From positions 3,990,001 through 4,022,000 of the forward strand of contig NC_014148.1 of the NCBI RefSeq assembly GCF_000092105.1: a stretch of 32,000 nt of DNA. The letters are read 5' to 3'. Shown one piece after another: positions 23,756 to 32,000 of this stretch (positions are counted from its first letter, which is position 1; the number at the start of each line of letters is the position of its first letter). The position numbers were made by a program, and so were the translations under genes. The notes below the pieces were generated by a model. The model did no database searches and was not told the origin of the DNA. It saw nothing but the letters and a program-made list of their open reading frames with translations. The DNA comes from Planctopirus limnophila DSM 3776 (GTDB taxonomy: Bacteria > Planctomycetota > Planctomycetia > Planctomycetales > Planctomycetaceae).

Positions 23756-24429
23756 TGCGTCTGATCAAAACACTGTTGTTTCTTGGTGGCGCTTTGTCGC
23801 TGATCATTGTGCTGGGAGAGTTGGCTATGCTGGCCGTTCTCTGGCGACAAGGAAATCTCTCAGCGCGCACACTGGCAGAGATTCGACTGGCTGTCTCCGG
23901 GCAACCGCTGATCGATACTCCTGCCGTGGAAACACCGGAAGGACCACCCGCAGTTTCTACCGATGAAGTGCAAACGGCCCGTGTCATGCGAGTTCTCAAT
24001 CTGGAAGCCCGGGAGAAAGAACTCGATGTGGTCAAAGAAGCCATTGCCGCTTCGATGAATCAACTCTCGCAAGAACGAGATGCATTTCAGCAATTGAAAT
24101 CCAGATTTACGAATGAACTCCTGGCACAAGGCAAGCAGCGGCAAAGTGATGCGACCGAACAGGCCAGAGCGGTTCTGTTGGCTTCGCCTCCAGAAGTCGC
24201 AGCCTCCCGTCTGATGGAACTCTCGCTGGATGAATCAATTGTGCTCACCCGCGGCATGCCCGAGAAGCAGATTGCCAAAATTCTGCAGCAATTCACCGGG
24301 ACTCCCGAGAGAGAAAAACGAGGGCGAGAAATTTTCGAAGCGTTGGCGGAGGGACGACCTGAGCGTGAACTGATCGATCAGGCCAGACAAGCTCTAACGC
24401 CGAACCCTGACAGTTCTAGCGGCCTTTAG
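23752..24429 (+). CDS. MotE/YlxF-like flagellar protein (MgtE_N-like domain, N-terminal TM helix)
   Basis: TM helix: LLFLGGALSLIIVLGELAMLAVLW. C-terminal PEVAASRLMELSLDESIVLTRGMPEKQIAKILQQF resembles MgtE_N. It occupies the same position as ylxF in the Bacillus fla/che operon. Its ATG overlaps the fliJ stop (ATGA). Confidence 0.55.
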   Translation: MMRLIKTLLFLGGALSLIIVLGELAMLAVLWRQGNLSARTLAEIRLAVSGQPLIDTPAVETPEGPPAVSTDEVQTARVMRVLNLEAREKELDVVKEAIAASMNQLSQERDAFQQLKSRFTNELLAQGKQRQSDATEQARAVLLASPPEVAASRLMELSLDESIVLTRGMPEKQIAKILQQFTGTPEREKRGREIFEALAEGRPERELIDQARQALTPNPDSSSGL

Positions 24430-24526
24430 GTTTGTGGCCGATAATCCTCATACGACACTTTTGCAGCAATTTCCTTAAGCTCAAGATGCTTCAGATTGCT
24501 GGCAAGTCGTTATTGAGGGATGAGAA

Positions 24527-26977
24527 ATGGAAATCCGTGATCCTCGACGATGGACTGCTCCAGGATTGGCAGGATTCCTCGCGACACCCGCCAATTCTGC
24601 CGAAAGCGACTCGCTCAAGGCCGAGGGTTCACAAACTTCGTCTTCTTCCGAATTCAGTGCTAGTCTGCTCCGGCAATACCTGCTGAATCAGGGAACCCTT
24701 GCTGAGACTCTCACAAGCCAGAAAAGTCTGACCGGCGCGAAAGGTCTAACCAGCGACAAAAGCGAGGCCAGCAAGCAATTCGACGGAAGATCCTCAGTGA
24801 CTGGAAATTCACAGTCGAGCTTGCGCAGCCTTGCTGATGATCATCGCCTCTCTCAGAAGGCACGCTCACGCCATTCGGACGATGCCGAGCCATCGTTCAT
24901 GGATCGACTTATCGATCGTCGCACGGAGGCAACACAGCGTAACGACGAATCGACAGTCCGTTCTTCCACACTCCAGGAACATTTGAGCAGGGATGAACGC
25001 CAGGCTTTACCGGTAGATCGCGAACAGGATTCGTCTGATACGGATCGAACAGCACCTGCCTCTTTGCAGGAGAACTCTGAAACGCAGGTTGATCGAATAG
25101 AGCCATTTCGACAAAACCTTGTTGATGTCTCTAATGCCGGAGTTGAGGCAAATTTCACTGAAGAACACAGCCTTGCTGAAAAACTGACAGTTGAGGCGGC
25201 AGAATCGATCTCTGTGATCGACCACGAGAACCTGACGCACGCCAATTCCAACAGTTCTGACTTTGCTGCGGAAAATGCCGCTCTAAACGTCTCTAACAGC
25301 TTCGCGGGATCCGAAATTCAGGTTCCATCGAGCGGAATCGTTCCAGTCGATGACGAGCTTAACCTCGTCACACAGGAACCGGATTCTGTGCCCGCAAACG
25401 TCGCCCATCCTGCTGCTGCCAATCAATATCACCACATCGCCTCCCGGCTGGTGAGCACAAAATCGACTGATGCAGCCTCGATTCGCTCACTGCAATCTTT
25501 CCAGCAACTCCTGGCGCAAGATCCCTCATCGCAGTCAATTTCTGGCAACACCTCGTCTGCTGTCACAAGCGATGAGACGAATTCCGCGACGGCTGGGGAA
25601 CTGCAACCAGCGGTTAATGATCAATCGTCTCAATCGACAGCGAACCCTGACGATGTGACGATCGATTCTTCGTCAACAGATCTCACGTCGAGCGATACCA
25701 CCTCGATTTCGTTAGCCGGTCTCTCTGCCGGAGTATTGCCACCGGCAATGACCACTCACGAACAGCGATCAAATTCTCAAGGTGCAGGTGACGAACTGGC
25801 AGCAGGACAGGTGCCAGGGAATCGTCAGGGAGAAGCTGGAGCATTGATCCTGAATTCTTCGCAGACTGACGAAACCTCGCTGGCCACTTCAAGCTCGATT
25901 CCAGTGAGCGCCAACACTGATCCACAGATCTCAGCCACACCCAGTTTGCAGGCTCAGTCCGAATCGATCATCAACCAGCGGTCGGTTTCGGGAGAAACTT
26001 CCCGTTCCCAGATTTCCGGGGCTCGCAATGGCAACCAGTCTTTCAGTCAGCGGCAAACTTCGTGGAGTGCCGTGGGCGGATTGCCACCGTGGAGTTCTTT
26101 GCCCGGACTTGGCGATGCTTCTACGGGCTCTTCGTTCAGTGCGAGTCTGAATCTTTCATCCCGCGCCGGGGCATCCCCAGGCACATTCGCGGCAGCTCTG
26201 GCAGGTTCCCAAAATCCCGCCATGGGCCAGATCGCAGAAGCATCTCCCGCAACGGTTGCTGATGCGGAAACCACAATACAAACAGTCGCCAAACATCCGG
26301 GAGCCGGTGGGCCGGCAGCGAATCTGATAGCCAACAATGATTCTCAGACCCGCCAGGCAAGCACAATCACATCAAACAGCACACAACCACCCTTTGCGCA
26401 GAGAGTTGTCGTTGATGGCATCTTGAACATGACGGCCAGCCATATTCTGAACTCGGCACGAACCGAGCAAACGTTTTCGATTGTCCTCACCCCTGAAAGT
26501 TACGGCGAATTGTCGATCGATGTCCGCCAGAATGAAGAGGGAGTGATGGTGCGGCTGGAAGCGGCCACATCGGCGGGGCATGAGTTATTGAGCGAGCATC
26601 TTTCCGAGCTGCGCGAAATACTCGACCAGCGTGGATTGGATGTTGATCAGATCTCGCTTGAACGCGTCGAAACTCCCCGAGAAGTCATCGCGACCAGCGA
26701 TCCAGCGAACGATCGATCATCGAATCGTGAACAACCTGATTCTACGGGCCAGAATCTCCTGACAGGCCAGGAAGGTTCTTCGAGTTCGGGCAGCGATCGT
26801 CAACCAGATTCTGGCACTCCTCGCGAAAATTGGAACCGACTCGATCCACAGGAAGAACCTCGCACCGACCATCTGGCCCGGAACAATCAGGAAGCCAGAT
26901 CGACACAATCTTCCGGATTTGCTAATGAAGGGACTGCGAGACCTGTCCGCTGGGATCACGTGAATATCCAGATTTGA
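24527..26977 (+). CDS. fliK: Flagellar hook-length control protein FliK (unusually long, 816 aa)
   Basis: C-terminal Flg_hook-type domain: FSIVLTPESYGELSIDVRQNEEGVMVRLEAATSAGHELLSEHLSELREILDQRGLDVDQISLE. A long low-complexity region rich in S, T, Q and N precedes it. GAGGGA lies upstream of the ATG. Located between the ylxF-like gene and flgD. Confidence 0.8.
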   Translation: MEIRDPRRWTAPGLAGFLATPANSAESDSLKAEGSQTSSSSEFSASLLRQYLLNQGTLAETLTSQKSLTGAKGLTSDKSEASKQFDGRSSVTGNSQSSLRSLADDHRLSQKARSRHSDDAEPSFMDRLIDRRTEATQRNDESTVRSSTLQEHLSRDERQALPVDREQDSSDTDRTAPASLQENSETQVDRIEPFRQNLVDVSNAGVEANFTEEHSLAEKLTVEAAESISVIDHENLTHANSNSSDFAAENAALNVSNSFAGSEIQVPSSGIVPVDDELNLVTQEPDSVPANVAHPAAANQYHHIASRLVSTKSTDAASIRSLQSFQQLLAQDPSSQSISGNTSSAVTSDETNSATAGELQPAVNDQSSQSTANPDDVTIDSSSTDLTSSDTTSISLAGLSAGVLPPAMTTHEQRSNSQGAGDELAAGQVPGNRQGEAGALILNSSQTDETSLATSSSIPVSANTDPQISATPSLQAQSESIINQRSVSGETSRSQISGARNGNQSFSQRQTSWSAVGGLPPWSSLPGLGDASTGSSFSASLNLSSRAGASPGTFAAALAGSQNPAMGQIAEASPATVADAETTIQTVAKHPGAGGPAANLIANNDSQTRQASTITSNSTQPPFAQRVVVDGILNMTASHILNSARTEQTFSIVLTPESYGELSIDVRQNEEGVMVRLEAATSAGHELLSEHLSELREILDQRGLDVDQISLERVETPREVIATSDPANDRSSNREQPDSTGQNLLTGQEGSSSSGSDRQPDSGTPRENWNRLDPQEEPRTDHLARNNQEARSTQSSGFANEGTARPVRWDHVNIQI

Positions 26978-27074
26978 AATCGATCCGGGCCTGATTCTCG
27001 CTAGTATTGTACTGGTATGGTGGCGTCTGCTCGGGCATGAACAGCCCACGGCTCAAATCATAGAGAGGGATTTC

Positions 27075-27494
27075 ATGTCGAGCATCGATCCAGTCACTGG
27101 CAAACCCAAAGAAGTCCCCGTCATTCCCAAAGACAAGCAGGGGTTCAATGCTCTGGATACGGAAGCCTTCATGAAGCTGCTCATTACCCAGCTTCAGAAT
27201 CAGGATCCTTCCAATCCGATGTCCAACGAGGAGTTACTCTCCCAGATTTCGCAAATGCGGAATCTGACATCTGACATCGAATTGACCGATGCGCTGGAAG
27301 GCCTGACTTTGAGTCAGCAGCTCAACAGTTCGACAGCGTTCCTGGGTAAAGAGATCAAAGGCACGACGGCTAATGGAACGGAAGTGAGCGGAGTCGTTGA
27401 CCGAGTCTATGTGAAAGACAAAGCATCGTTTCTGGTGGTCGGTGACAAAGAAGTCCCGCTCACAAACGTCACTGACGTCACCAACGAGTCCTGA
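27075..27494 (+). CDS. flgD: Flagellar hook assembly (capping) protein FlgD
   Basis: FMKLLITQLQNQDPSNPMSNEELLSQISQM is the canonical FlgD N-terminal motif. 139 aa. GAGAGGGA lies upstream of the ATG. Confidence 0.9.
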   Translation: MSSIDPVTGKPKEVPVIPKDKQGFNALDTEAFMKLLITQLQNQDPSNPMSNEELLSQISQMRNLTSDIELTDALEGLTLSQQLNSSTAFLGKEIKGTTANGTEVSGVVDRVYVKDKASFLVVGDKEVPLTNVTDVTNES

Positions 27495-27662
27495 TCGTTT
27501 GGGCAAAATCCTCATTGACAGACCTCCCCACTCCGGGTGGAACACTGTCAGGCGCAGAGACGGATCCCCCGCCCCAGCCTGCCATAATGCCCCGTGAACT
27601 GCTCCAGGTGCAGAACAAAACAAACCCAGTGATTCAGAGCACTCGTCGCGTCTGGGATGATC

Positions 27663-27866
27663 TCAAAGTCCTCGATCATCGACCGTCAGGGCGACGTGCC
27701 GTGGATCCTGATCCGAAAGCCAGGCTGTGACCAGTTCCTCGTACTTTTCGCGGCTCTCGGGCGTGCCGAACTTGCCGAGGTACGTGTCTTTTCCCGCGAT
27801 ACGGACTCGAGCTTGTCCCGTGGGACGGTGCAGAAGGTAAGCCGGTTTTCGTTTACTGAGCGACAT
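27663..27866 (-). pseudogene. Integrase relic (N-terminal ~67 codons only)
   Basis: From ATG 27866: MSLSKRKPAYLLHRPTGQARVRIAGKDTYLGKFGTPESREKYEELVTAWL... This resembles N-terminal arm-binding regions of integrases as I remember them. The frame stops after 67 codons and no catalytic domain follows. It lies 115 nt from the 3' end of tRNA-Val. Confidence 0.6.
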
Positions 27867-27980
27867 GGCAGCAGCCACCACAAAAAAAGTGGTAGAAAAG
27901 TGGTAGTCACCCACTTTTCTGCTGCACCGCCAAGCATAGCGGGTAGTCGCAAGTATTGACTCAGCAAGGACTTACAGGAT

Positions 27981-28053
<73 letters not shown>

Positions 28054-28226
28054 TTTGTGTCACGTTCAATGAATCGAGGAGAATATTGAACCAGAGGTGA
28101 TTCTGGCAGATTGTTGGTGGTTTCGCAACTTTGCGGGACAGTCTCAATTCATGATTGAGCAAACGTTTGCTGTGATGACTGGGGCTTGATCGCGGGAACT
28201 GGGGCCATGCACAGGCTTGTTCGGCC

Positions 28227-28265
28227 AAAAAGGGGACTTGCATACGTTCCGCTGGGGGATGCAAG
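28227..28265 (-). terminator. Possible intrinsic terminator of the kinase gene
   Basis: The minus strand reads CTTGCAT-(15-nt loop)-ATGCAAG, then TCCCCTTTTTGG. It lies 40 nt past the stop at 28305. The loop is long and the T-run is offset, so the call is weak. Confidence 0.4.
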
Positions 28266-28304
28266 AAGTTTCTGCAGATGGCACCACCACAAGCGACATC
28301 TGTA

Positions 28305-29927
28305 TCAATTCTTATCAATACCCGTCAGCAGTTTTTCAATCGCATCGGCCTGATGGCCAACTTCGAGAACACTCCGGCGAATTTCTTCAGGATCGATGGT
28401 CGAGCGAGGGTAAGTATCGAGCATCACAAACACGCTGACTCCGTCGATCTCACGAATAGCCAGTCCTCCATGCAGAATGACAGCATTCAGTCGGAGTGCT
28501 GTTTCAAAGTATGAGGGCGTGGCTTCGCAACAGATGCTCGAGATCGTCACCAGTCGATCGACAGCCGCATGCTGGCTCGGTTCGATAAAGGCCGCCTGTT
28601 TACGACCACCCGGTAAATCGATATCGATACGAAAACCTTCTTCGCCATGCCTTGACCACCGCACATTCGCGTGATGGCGGAACGCTTCCTCTACCAGCGC
28701 TTCCAGATCGACCTCATGTCCCAGAATGGCCTCCAGCAGTCGCGCTGCTTCAATTCCTGATTGAGGCCTGTTCCCCGGAGCAGAATCCATTAACTGATGC
28801 ATGGCTTCTGCCATTTCGAGCGTGACGCGCGGATTGATTTCCCGGGCCGGTCGATACTCTCCGCGCGAAACCTGTTGAATCAGTTCAGGAACTTCGTGAG
28901 CCGGAAATGGCAACTGACTGGTCAATAACTGGTAGTACATCACTCCCAGGGAATAGACATCACTGGCAGGTGTGGCTGGGTCGCCTCGAAATAACTCCGG
29001 AGCCATATACTGAGGTGTGCCAACAATTTCCCGGCGACCATGAAGTGCTCCCTCGACGGATGTCCGGCGGGCCAATCCAAAATCGCCGATCTTGGGAACC
29101 CCCTGATGCGTCAACAACACATTATCGGGTTTGAGATCGCGATGTAGAATCTCATGTCGATGGGCCACTCCCAAGCCTTCAGCAATGCGTAAGGCCATCG
29201 AGGTCGCGCGAGTGGCCGCCAGGATCCCCTCATCCTCCACTCGCTGACGAATCGACATGCCGGGGACAAATTCCATTTCGAGATAATGCAGACCGTCGAT
29301 TTCTCCCAAGGCATAGATCGAGACTATATTCGGATGATTCAGGGCTGCTGCCGCCTGCCCTTCGTTATGAAAGCGATCGACAAACTCACGATCCTGTTCG
29401 ACAAGTGCGGGTGGCAGAATCTTGAGGGCACAGAAGCGTTTGAGTACTCGATGCCGGGCGAGATAGACCCGCCCCATGGCACCTGCACCGAGCAAAGCTT
29501 CGCATTCATAAGGCCCAAAACATTGCCCGATCAATTTTTGATCAAGCCCGGCTTCGGTCGAAGCTTTTACAAAGTTTCTGGAACGAAAAGCTGCCGGCTT
29601 GGGTTCTCCTTCGGGTTGGCCTCCCTCAGGCGGAGTCTTGTGCCGAGATTCCGCATGTGCAAGAGGATCAACAAGTGCGAGAGGATCGATATGTAGGTGT
29701 GTACTGCACTCGGGTGAGTGATGTTGATCCACCATTGCTCCACAACGGGGGCAAACCACGTGCTGCTTCTCACCCGTGGTCGCCTTGGTTCGATCCACAC
29801 GAGTAGGTTCAGCCTCTTCGAGATCCAGGTGGAAAGAAAACTGACAATCCGGACAAAAGACCGCAGCCAGGAGCCTCGCATTTTCCGAAGGCGTAATTCC
29901 GACAGAGGGTTGAGGCGTTGAATCCAT
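28305..29927 (-). CDS. Ser/Thr protein kinase with an N-terminal zinc ribbon and an uncharacterised C-terminal domain
   Basis: Kinase motifs: GAGAMGRVYLARH..ALKIL, HRDLKPDNVLL, DFGLAR, GTPQYMAPE. N-terminal CPDC...(x34)...CPRC. The track start is GTG 29945; I prefer ATG 29927 (MDSTPQPS...). Confidence 0.9.
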   Translation of the reverse strand: MDSTPQPSVGITPSENARLLAAVFCPDCQFSFHLDLEEAEPTRVDRTKATTGEKQHVVCPRCGAMVDQHHSPECSTHLHIDPLALVDPLAHAESRHKTPPEGGQPEGEPKPAAFRSRNFVKASTEAGLDQKLIGQCFGPYECEALLGAGAMGRVYLARHRVLKRFCALKILPPALVEQDREFVDRFHNEGQAAAALNHPNIVSIYALGEIDGLHYLEMEFVPGMSIRQRVEDEGILAATRATSMALRIAEGLGVAHRHEILHRDLKPDNVLLTHQGVPKIGDFGLARRTSVEGALHGRREIVGTPQYMAPELFRGDPATPASDVYSLGVMYYQLLTSQLPFPAHEVPELIQQVSRGEYRPAREINPRVTLEMAEAMHQLMDSAPGNRPQSGIEAARLLEAILGHEVDLEALVEEAFRHHANVRWSRHGEEGFRIDIDLPGGRKQAAFIEPSQHAAVDRLVTISSICCEATPSYFETALRLNAVILHGGLAIREIDGVSVFVMLDTYPRSTIDPEEIRRSVLEVGHQADAIEKLLTGIDKN

Positions 29928-30272
29928 GCAGCTTATTCCCACCACGCATCAGCAAATGGCTATGTAAGAAACTTTGGAAGCCCTTTGGTTAACTCCAGGG
30001 TCTTTCTGTCGAATTTGCGTTGTGCGATCAAACCTGCTTCAACACGACATGAAAGTTATGGTAATCAAAGCCAGCAGGAAAAGACCATAATCCTTTGAAT
30101 TTGGCTCGCATTTCATCGCGAAGACCGACCATCTTGTTTATGTTCAAACGGTACTTTTCAGGAGATGAGGCAGCATAGAATCACTGCTCTTTGATCCAAT
30201 CGCATTGTGTCTTCGTAGTGCCCCTGCCTCAGAGAGCCGTCTTCCAACTCGACAATTCATCATGGAATCTCC

Positions 30273-31571
30273 ATGTCCGATGACCTTGAACCAGCCAGTT
30301 CTCAGTTCGCCCAGCCAGTTCCAGGTGATATGGCAACTCCTGCTATTCAACCGGTAGGGCCGCCTCTTTCCTTGACGGATTTTCTCGATGAGGAATCTGC
30401 TCCGCCGGTGGTCGATACTTCCTTAGTCAGCAATGACGAAAGTCTGCCGGCATTTGTCCGTTCACGACAGTCACTTGGCCCTGGTCTTGGCGAAGCCGTT
30501 GGCTGGACGGCTGGTGTCTTCGGCAGTCACCTTCTCTTGAGCATTGGGCTGGTCTTAGTCATCTCCATCGTCTCTGCAATTTATCTCGTCAGCACAGAGG
30601 GTATTAAAGACCCTAAGCAACTGGAACAACGGCTCGCCATGGGCTCGATGGGAAATACCATTCTCGTCTGTGGTGAGCAGTGGTTGATGGTCGGTCTGAC
30701 CATCGTGGCTGTCTGGCTGCGCATGGGGAAACAAACCACCCGGCAACTCAACCTCGATCTGCCGCACCCCTACCAGCTGTTGATCGTCACCTGCCTGGTG
30801 CTCCCTCTGGGTGGCATCGCCGATCTCAGTTATCGACTCGCTTCGATCCCGTGGGATTTTCTCAAGAATCAAAGCGACTTATTTGCCCAACTCGACCAAG
30901 TGAATATGGTCGAGCAAATGCAGAAAATGACAGCTTCGATCCCTTTGCCACTGTTGATTCTGGCAATTTCGGTATCACCTGCCATCAGTGAAGAGCTGGT
31001 TTTCCGAGGCCTGTTAGTCCGTGGTTTACTGGCCCGCTGGGGTGTCTTGTGGACAATGCTGATCTCGTCGTTCCTGTTCGCCTTGATCCATTTTCATCCA
31101 CTGCATGTCATGGCTGTCTTTCCAATTGGCATGGCACTCTTCTGGATCTACTACACCACGCGCAACTTCTGGTTGCCCATGTGGCTGCATCTGCTCAACA
31201 ACCTCTGCTCGATCCTGGTGATGCGCTGGCAGGGAAGTCTCGAAGAGGTGCTCGAAAACGCCGAGACCATGCAATTGGTAGTACAGTCTGGCATTGCACT
31301 GCTGGGAACTTCGATCGCTCTGTGGCTGCTCCATAAAAACCGAACCCGGTATGTGAACACCACGGGAGAAGAATGGAATCCTCCCGCAGCTCCCATGTCG
31401 TCGCCTCCAGTTCAACTCGGTTTTCAACGCCAGGTGAATGTCGTGGGAATTCCTGTATTTGTGATTGGTGCAGCTCTTACCGCTTTGTTGCTCTTCGCTC
31501 AGGTCAGTTCGATGATCGAGCCACTTGACGAAACGAAAGCTGGCATTAGTGATCCTGCTCTTGCACCATGA
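30273..31571 (+). CDS. CPBP-family intramembrane glutamic endopeptidase (CAAX protease/Abi family)
   Basis: Multi-pass membrane protein with the three CPBP motifs: EELVFR, FALIH and HLLNN. Confidence 0.85.
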   Translation: MSDDLEPASSQFAQPVPGDMATPAIQPVGPPLSLTDFLDEESAPPVVDTSLVSNDESLPAFVRSRQSLGPGLGEAVGWTAGVFGSHLLLSIGLVLVISIVSAIYLVSTEGIKDPKQLEQRLAMGSMGNTILVCGEQWLMVGLTIVAVWLRMGKQTTRQLNLDLPHPYQLLIVTCLVLPLGGIADLSYRLASIPWDFLKNQSDLFAQLDQVNMVEQMQKMTASIPLPLLILAISVSPAISEELVFRGLLVRGLLARWGVLWTMLISSFLFALIHFHPLHVMAVFPIGMALFWIYYTTRNFWLPMWLHLLNNLCSILVMRWQGSLEEVLENAETMQLVVQSGIALLGTSIALWLLHKNRTRYVNTTGEEWNPPAAPMSSPPVQLGFQRQVNVVGIPVFVIGAALTALLLFAQVSSMIEPLDETKAGISDPALAP

Positions 31572-31628
31572 GTGCACACTGCCTCACGTTTCGCTCACGA
31601 TGATCCCGCACTCCACGGCGAATTCTGC

Positions 31629-32000
31629 ATGCTCACGACTTCTCCATCCGGTATGGATATCGAAGAGATCATCACGATCATCAGTCGGTGGGCGCAAGCT
31701 GGAATTGTCCGCGAGTTTCCCTCGTTTTTGCCACAGGTTCTGCAGCAACCCTCGAAGATCAGTTCCCCGCGTGAACTCTGGCCTGTCTTCTACGGCTGCT
31801 ATGACTGGCACTCGGCAGTCCACAGCCACTGGGCACTCGCGCGCTACGTGCGCTGGCTTCCCTCTCACCCGCAAGCGACATCCTGGATCGAAACGCTGCA
31901 ACATCAGATCACACCATCCGGGATGGCAGGTGAATTCGCCTTCTTTACTCGATCCAACTGGCCCAGTTTCGAAAGGCCCTATGGCTGGGCCTGGTATCTG
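31629..32000 (+). CDS. DUF2891-family protein, 3' end off the window
   Basis: Not in the track because no stop is reached. My translation: MLTTSPSGMDIEEIITIISRWAQAGIVREFPSFLPQVLQQPSKISSPRELWPVFYGCYDWHSAVHSHWALARYVRWLPSHP...ERPYGWAWYL. The F.G.YDWHS.VH motif is typical of DUF2891. Alternative starts are GTG 31572 and ATG 31653. Confidence 0.75.
   Translation, partial: MLTTSPSGMDIEEIITIISRWAQAGIVREFPSFLPQVLQQPSKISSPRELWPVFYGCYDWHSAVHSHWALARYVRWLPSHPQATSWIETLQHQITPSGMAGEFAFFTRSNWPSFERPYGWAWYL

Noticed and set aside
27234-27623. 129-aa minus-strand ORF overlapping flgD
   Set aside because: It is antisense to flgD, which has the canonical FlgD motif. It does not continue the integrase relic in any frame that looks like an integrase.
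28158-28171. Perfect 14-bp palindrome AGCAAACGTTTGCT between the kinase gene and tRNA-Val
   Set aside because: One or two perfect 14-bp palindromes are roughly expected by chance in a 32-kb window. There is no second copy and no obvious associated regulator.
30028-30132. 34-codon minus-strand sORF (MVGLRDEMRAKFKGLWSFPAGFDYHNFHVVLKQV) in the kinase/CPBP divergent region
   Set aside because: It looks protein-like and may be a small gene or a gene remnant. It is too short to support, I recognise no homology from memory, and the frame is closed by a TGA 13 codons upstream of its ATG.

Overview
The window splits into an accessory left half and a core right half. By gene content it looks Planctomycetota-like, but that is inference only. 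GC was judged by eye and not computed.

(1) nt 1-5634, minus strand: the 5' part of a BREX phage-defence operon. It reads a brxE-like ORF, brxA, brxB and brxC. brxC is missing from the ORF track because it runs off the left edge of the window.

(2) nt 5733-6341: a decayed IS110-family transposase relic. It is followed by about 750 bp of non-coding DNA that contains a perfect 22-bp tandem duplication.

(3) nt 7105-16742: an integrative element sitting against the 3' end of tRNA-Gln(UUG). It carries:
- a tyrosine integrase whose ORF ends inside the tRNA
- a small Xis/AlpA-like HTH gene
- two orphan ORFs
- a DUF927 P-loop helicase-like gene
- a single 725-aa ORF fusing a DnaG-type zinc-finger/Toprim primase to a minimal family-A DNA polymerase core with no exonuclease and almost no thumb

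I consider this primase-PolA, DUF927 helicase and integrase module the most interesting item. It looks like a self-replicating, pipolin-like element built on PolA. No distal att repeat is visible in the window, so the BREX genes may be cargo of the same island.

(4) nt 16975-27494: a secreted CarboxypepD_reg-like protein, then a flagellar cluster in Bacillus-like order: fliF, fliG, fliH, fliI, fliJ, a MotE/YlxF-like gene, an unusually long fliK, and flgD. The cluster stops without flgE at an integrase N-terminal relic next to tRNA-Val(CAC).

(5) nt 28305-32000: a Ser/Thr kinase with an N-terminal zinc ribbon, a divergently transcribed CPBP intramembrane protease, and the start of a DUF2891 gene.

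No CRISPR array and no rRNA were seen.
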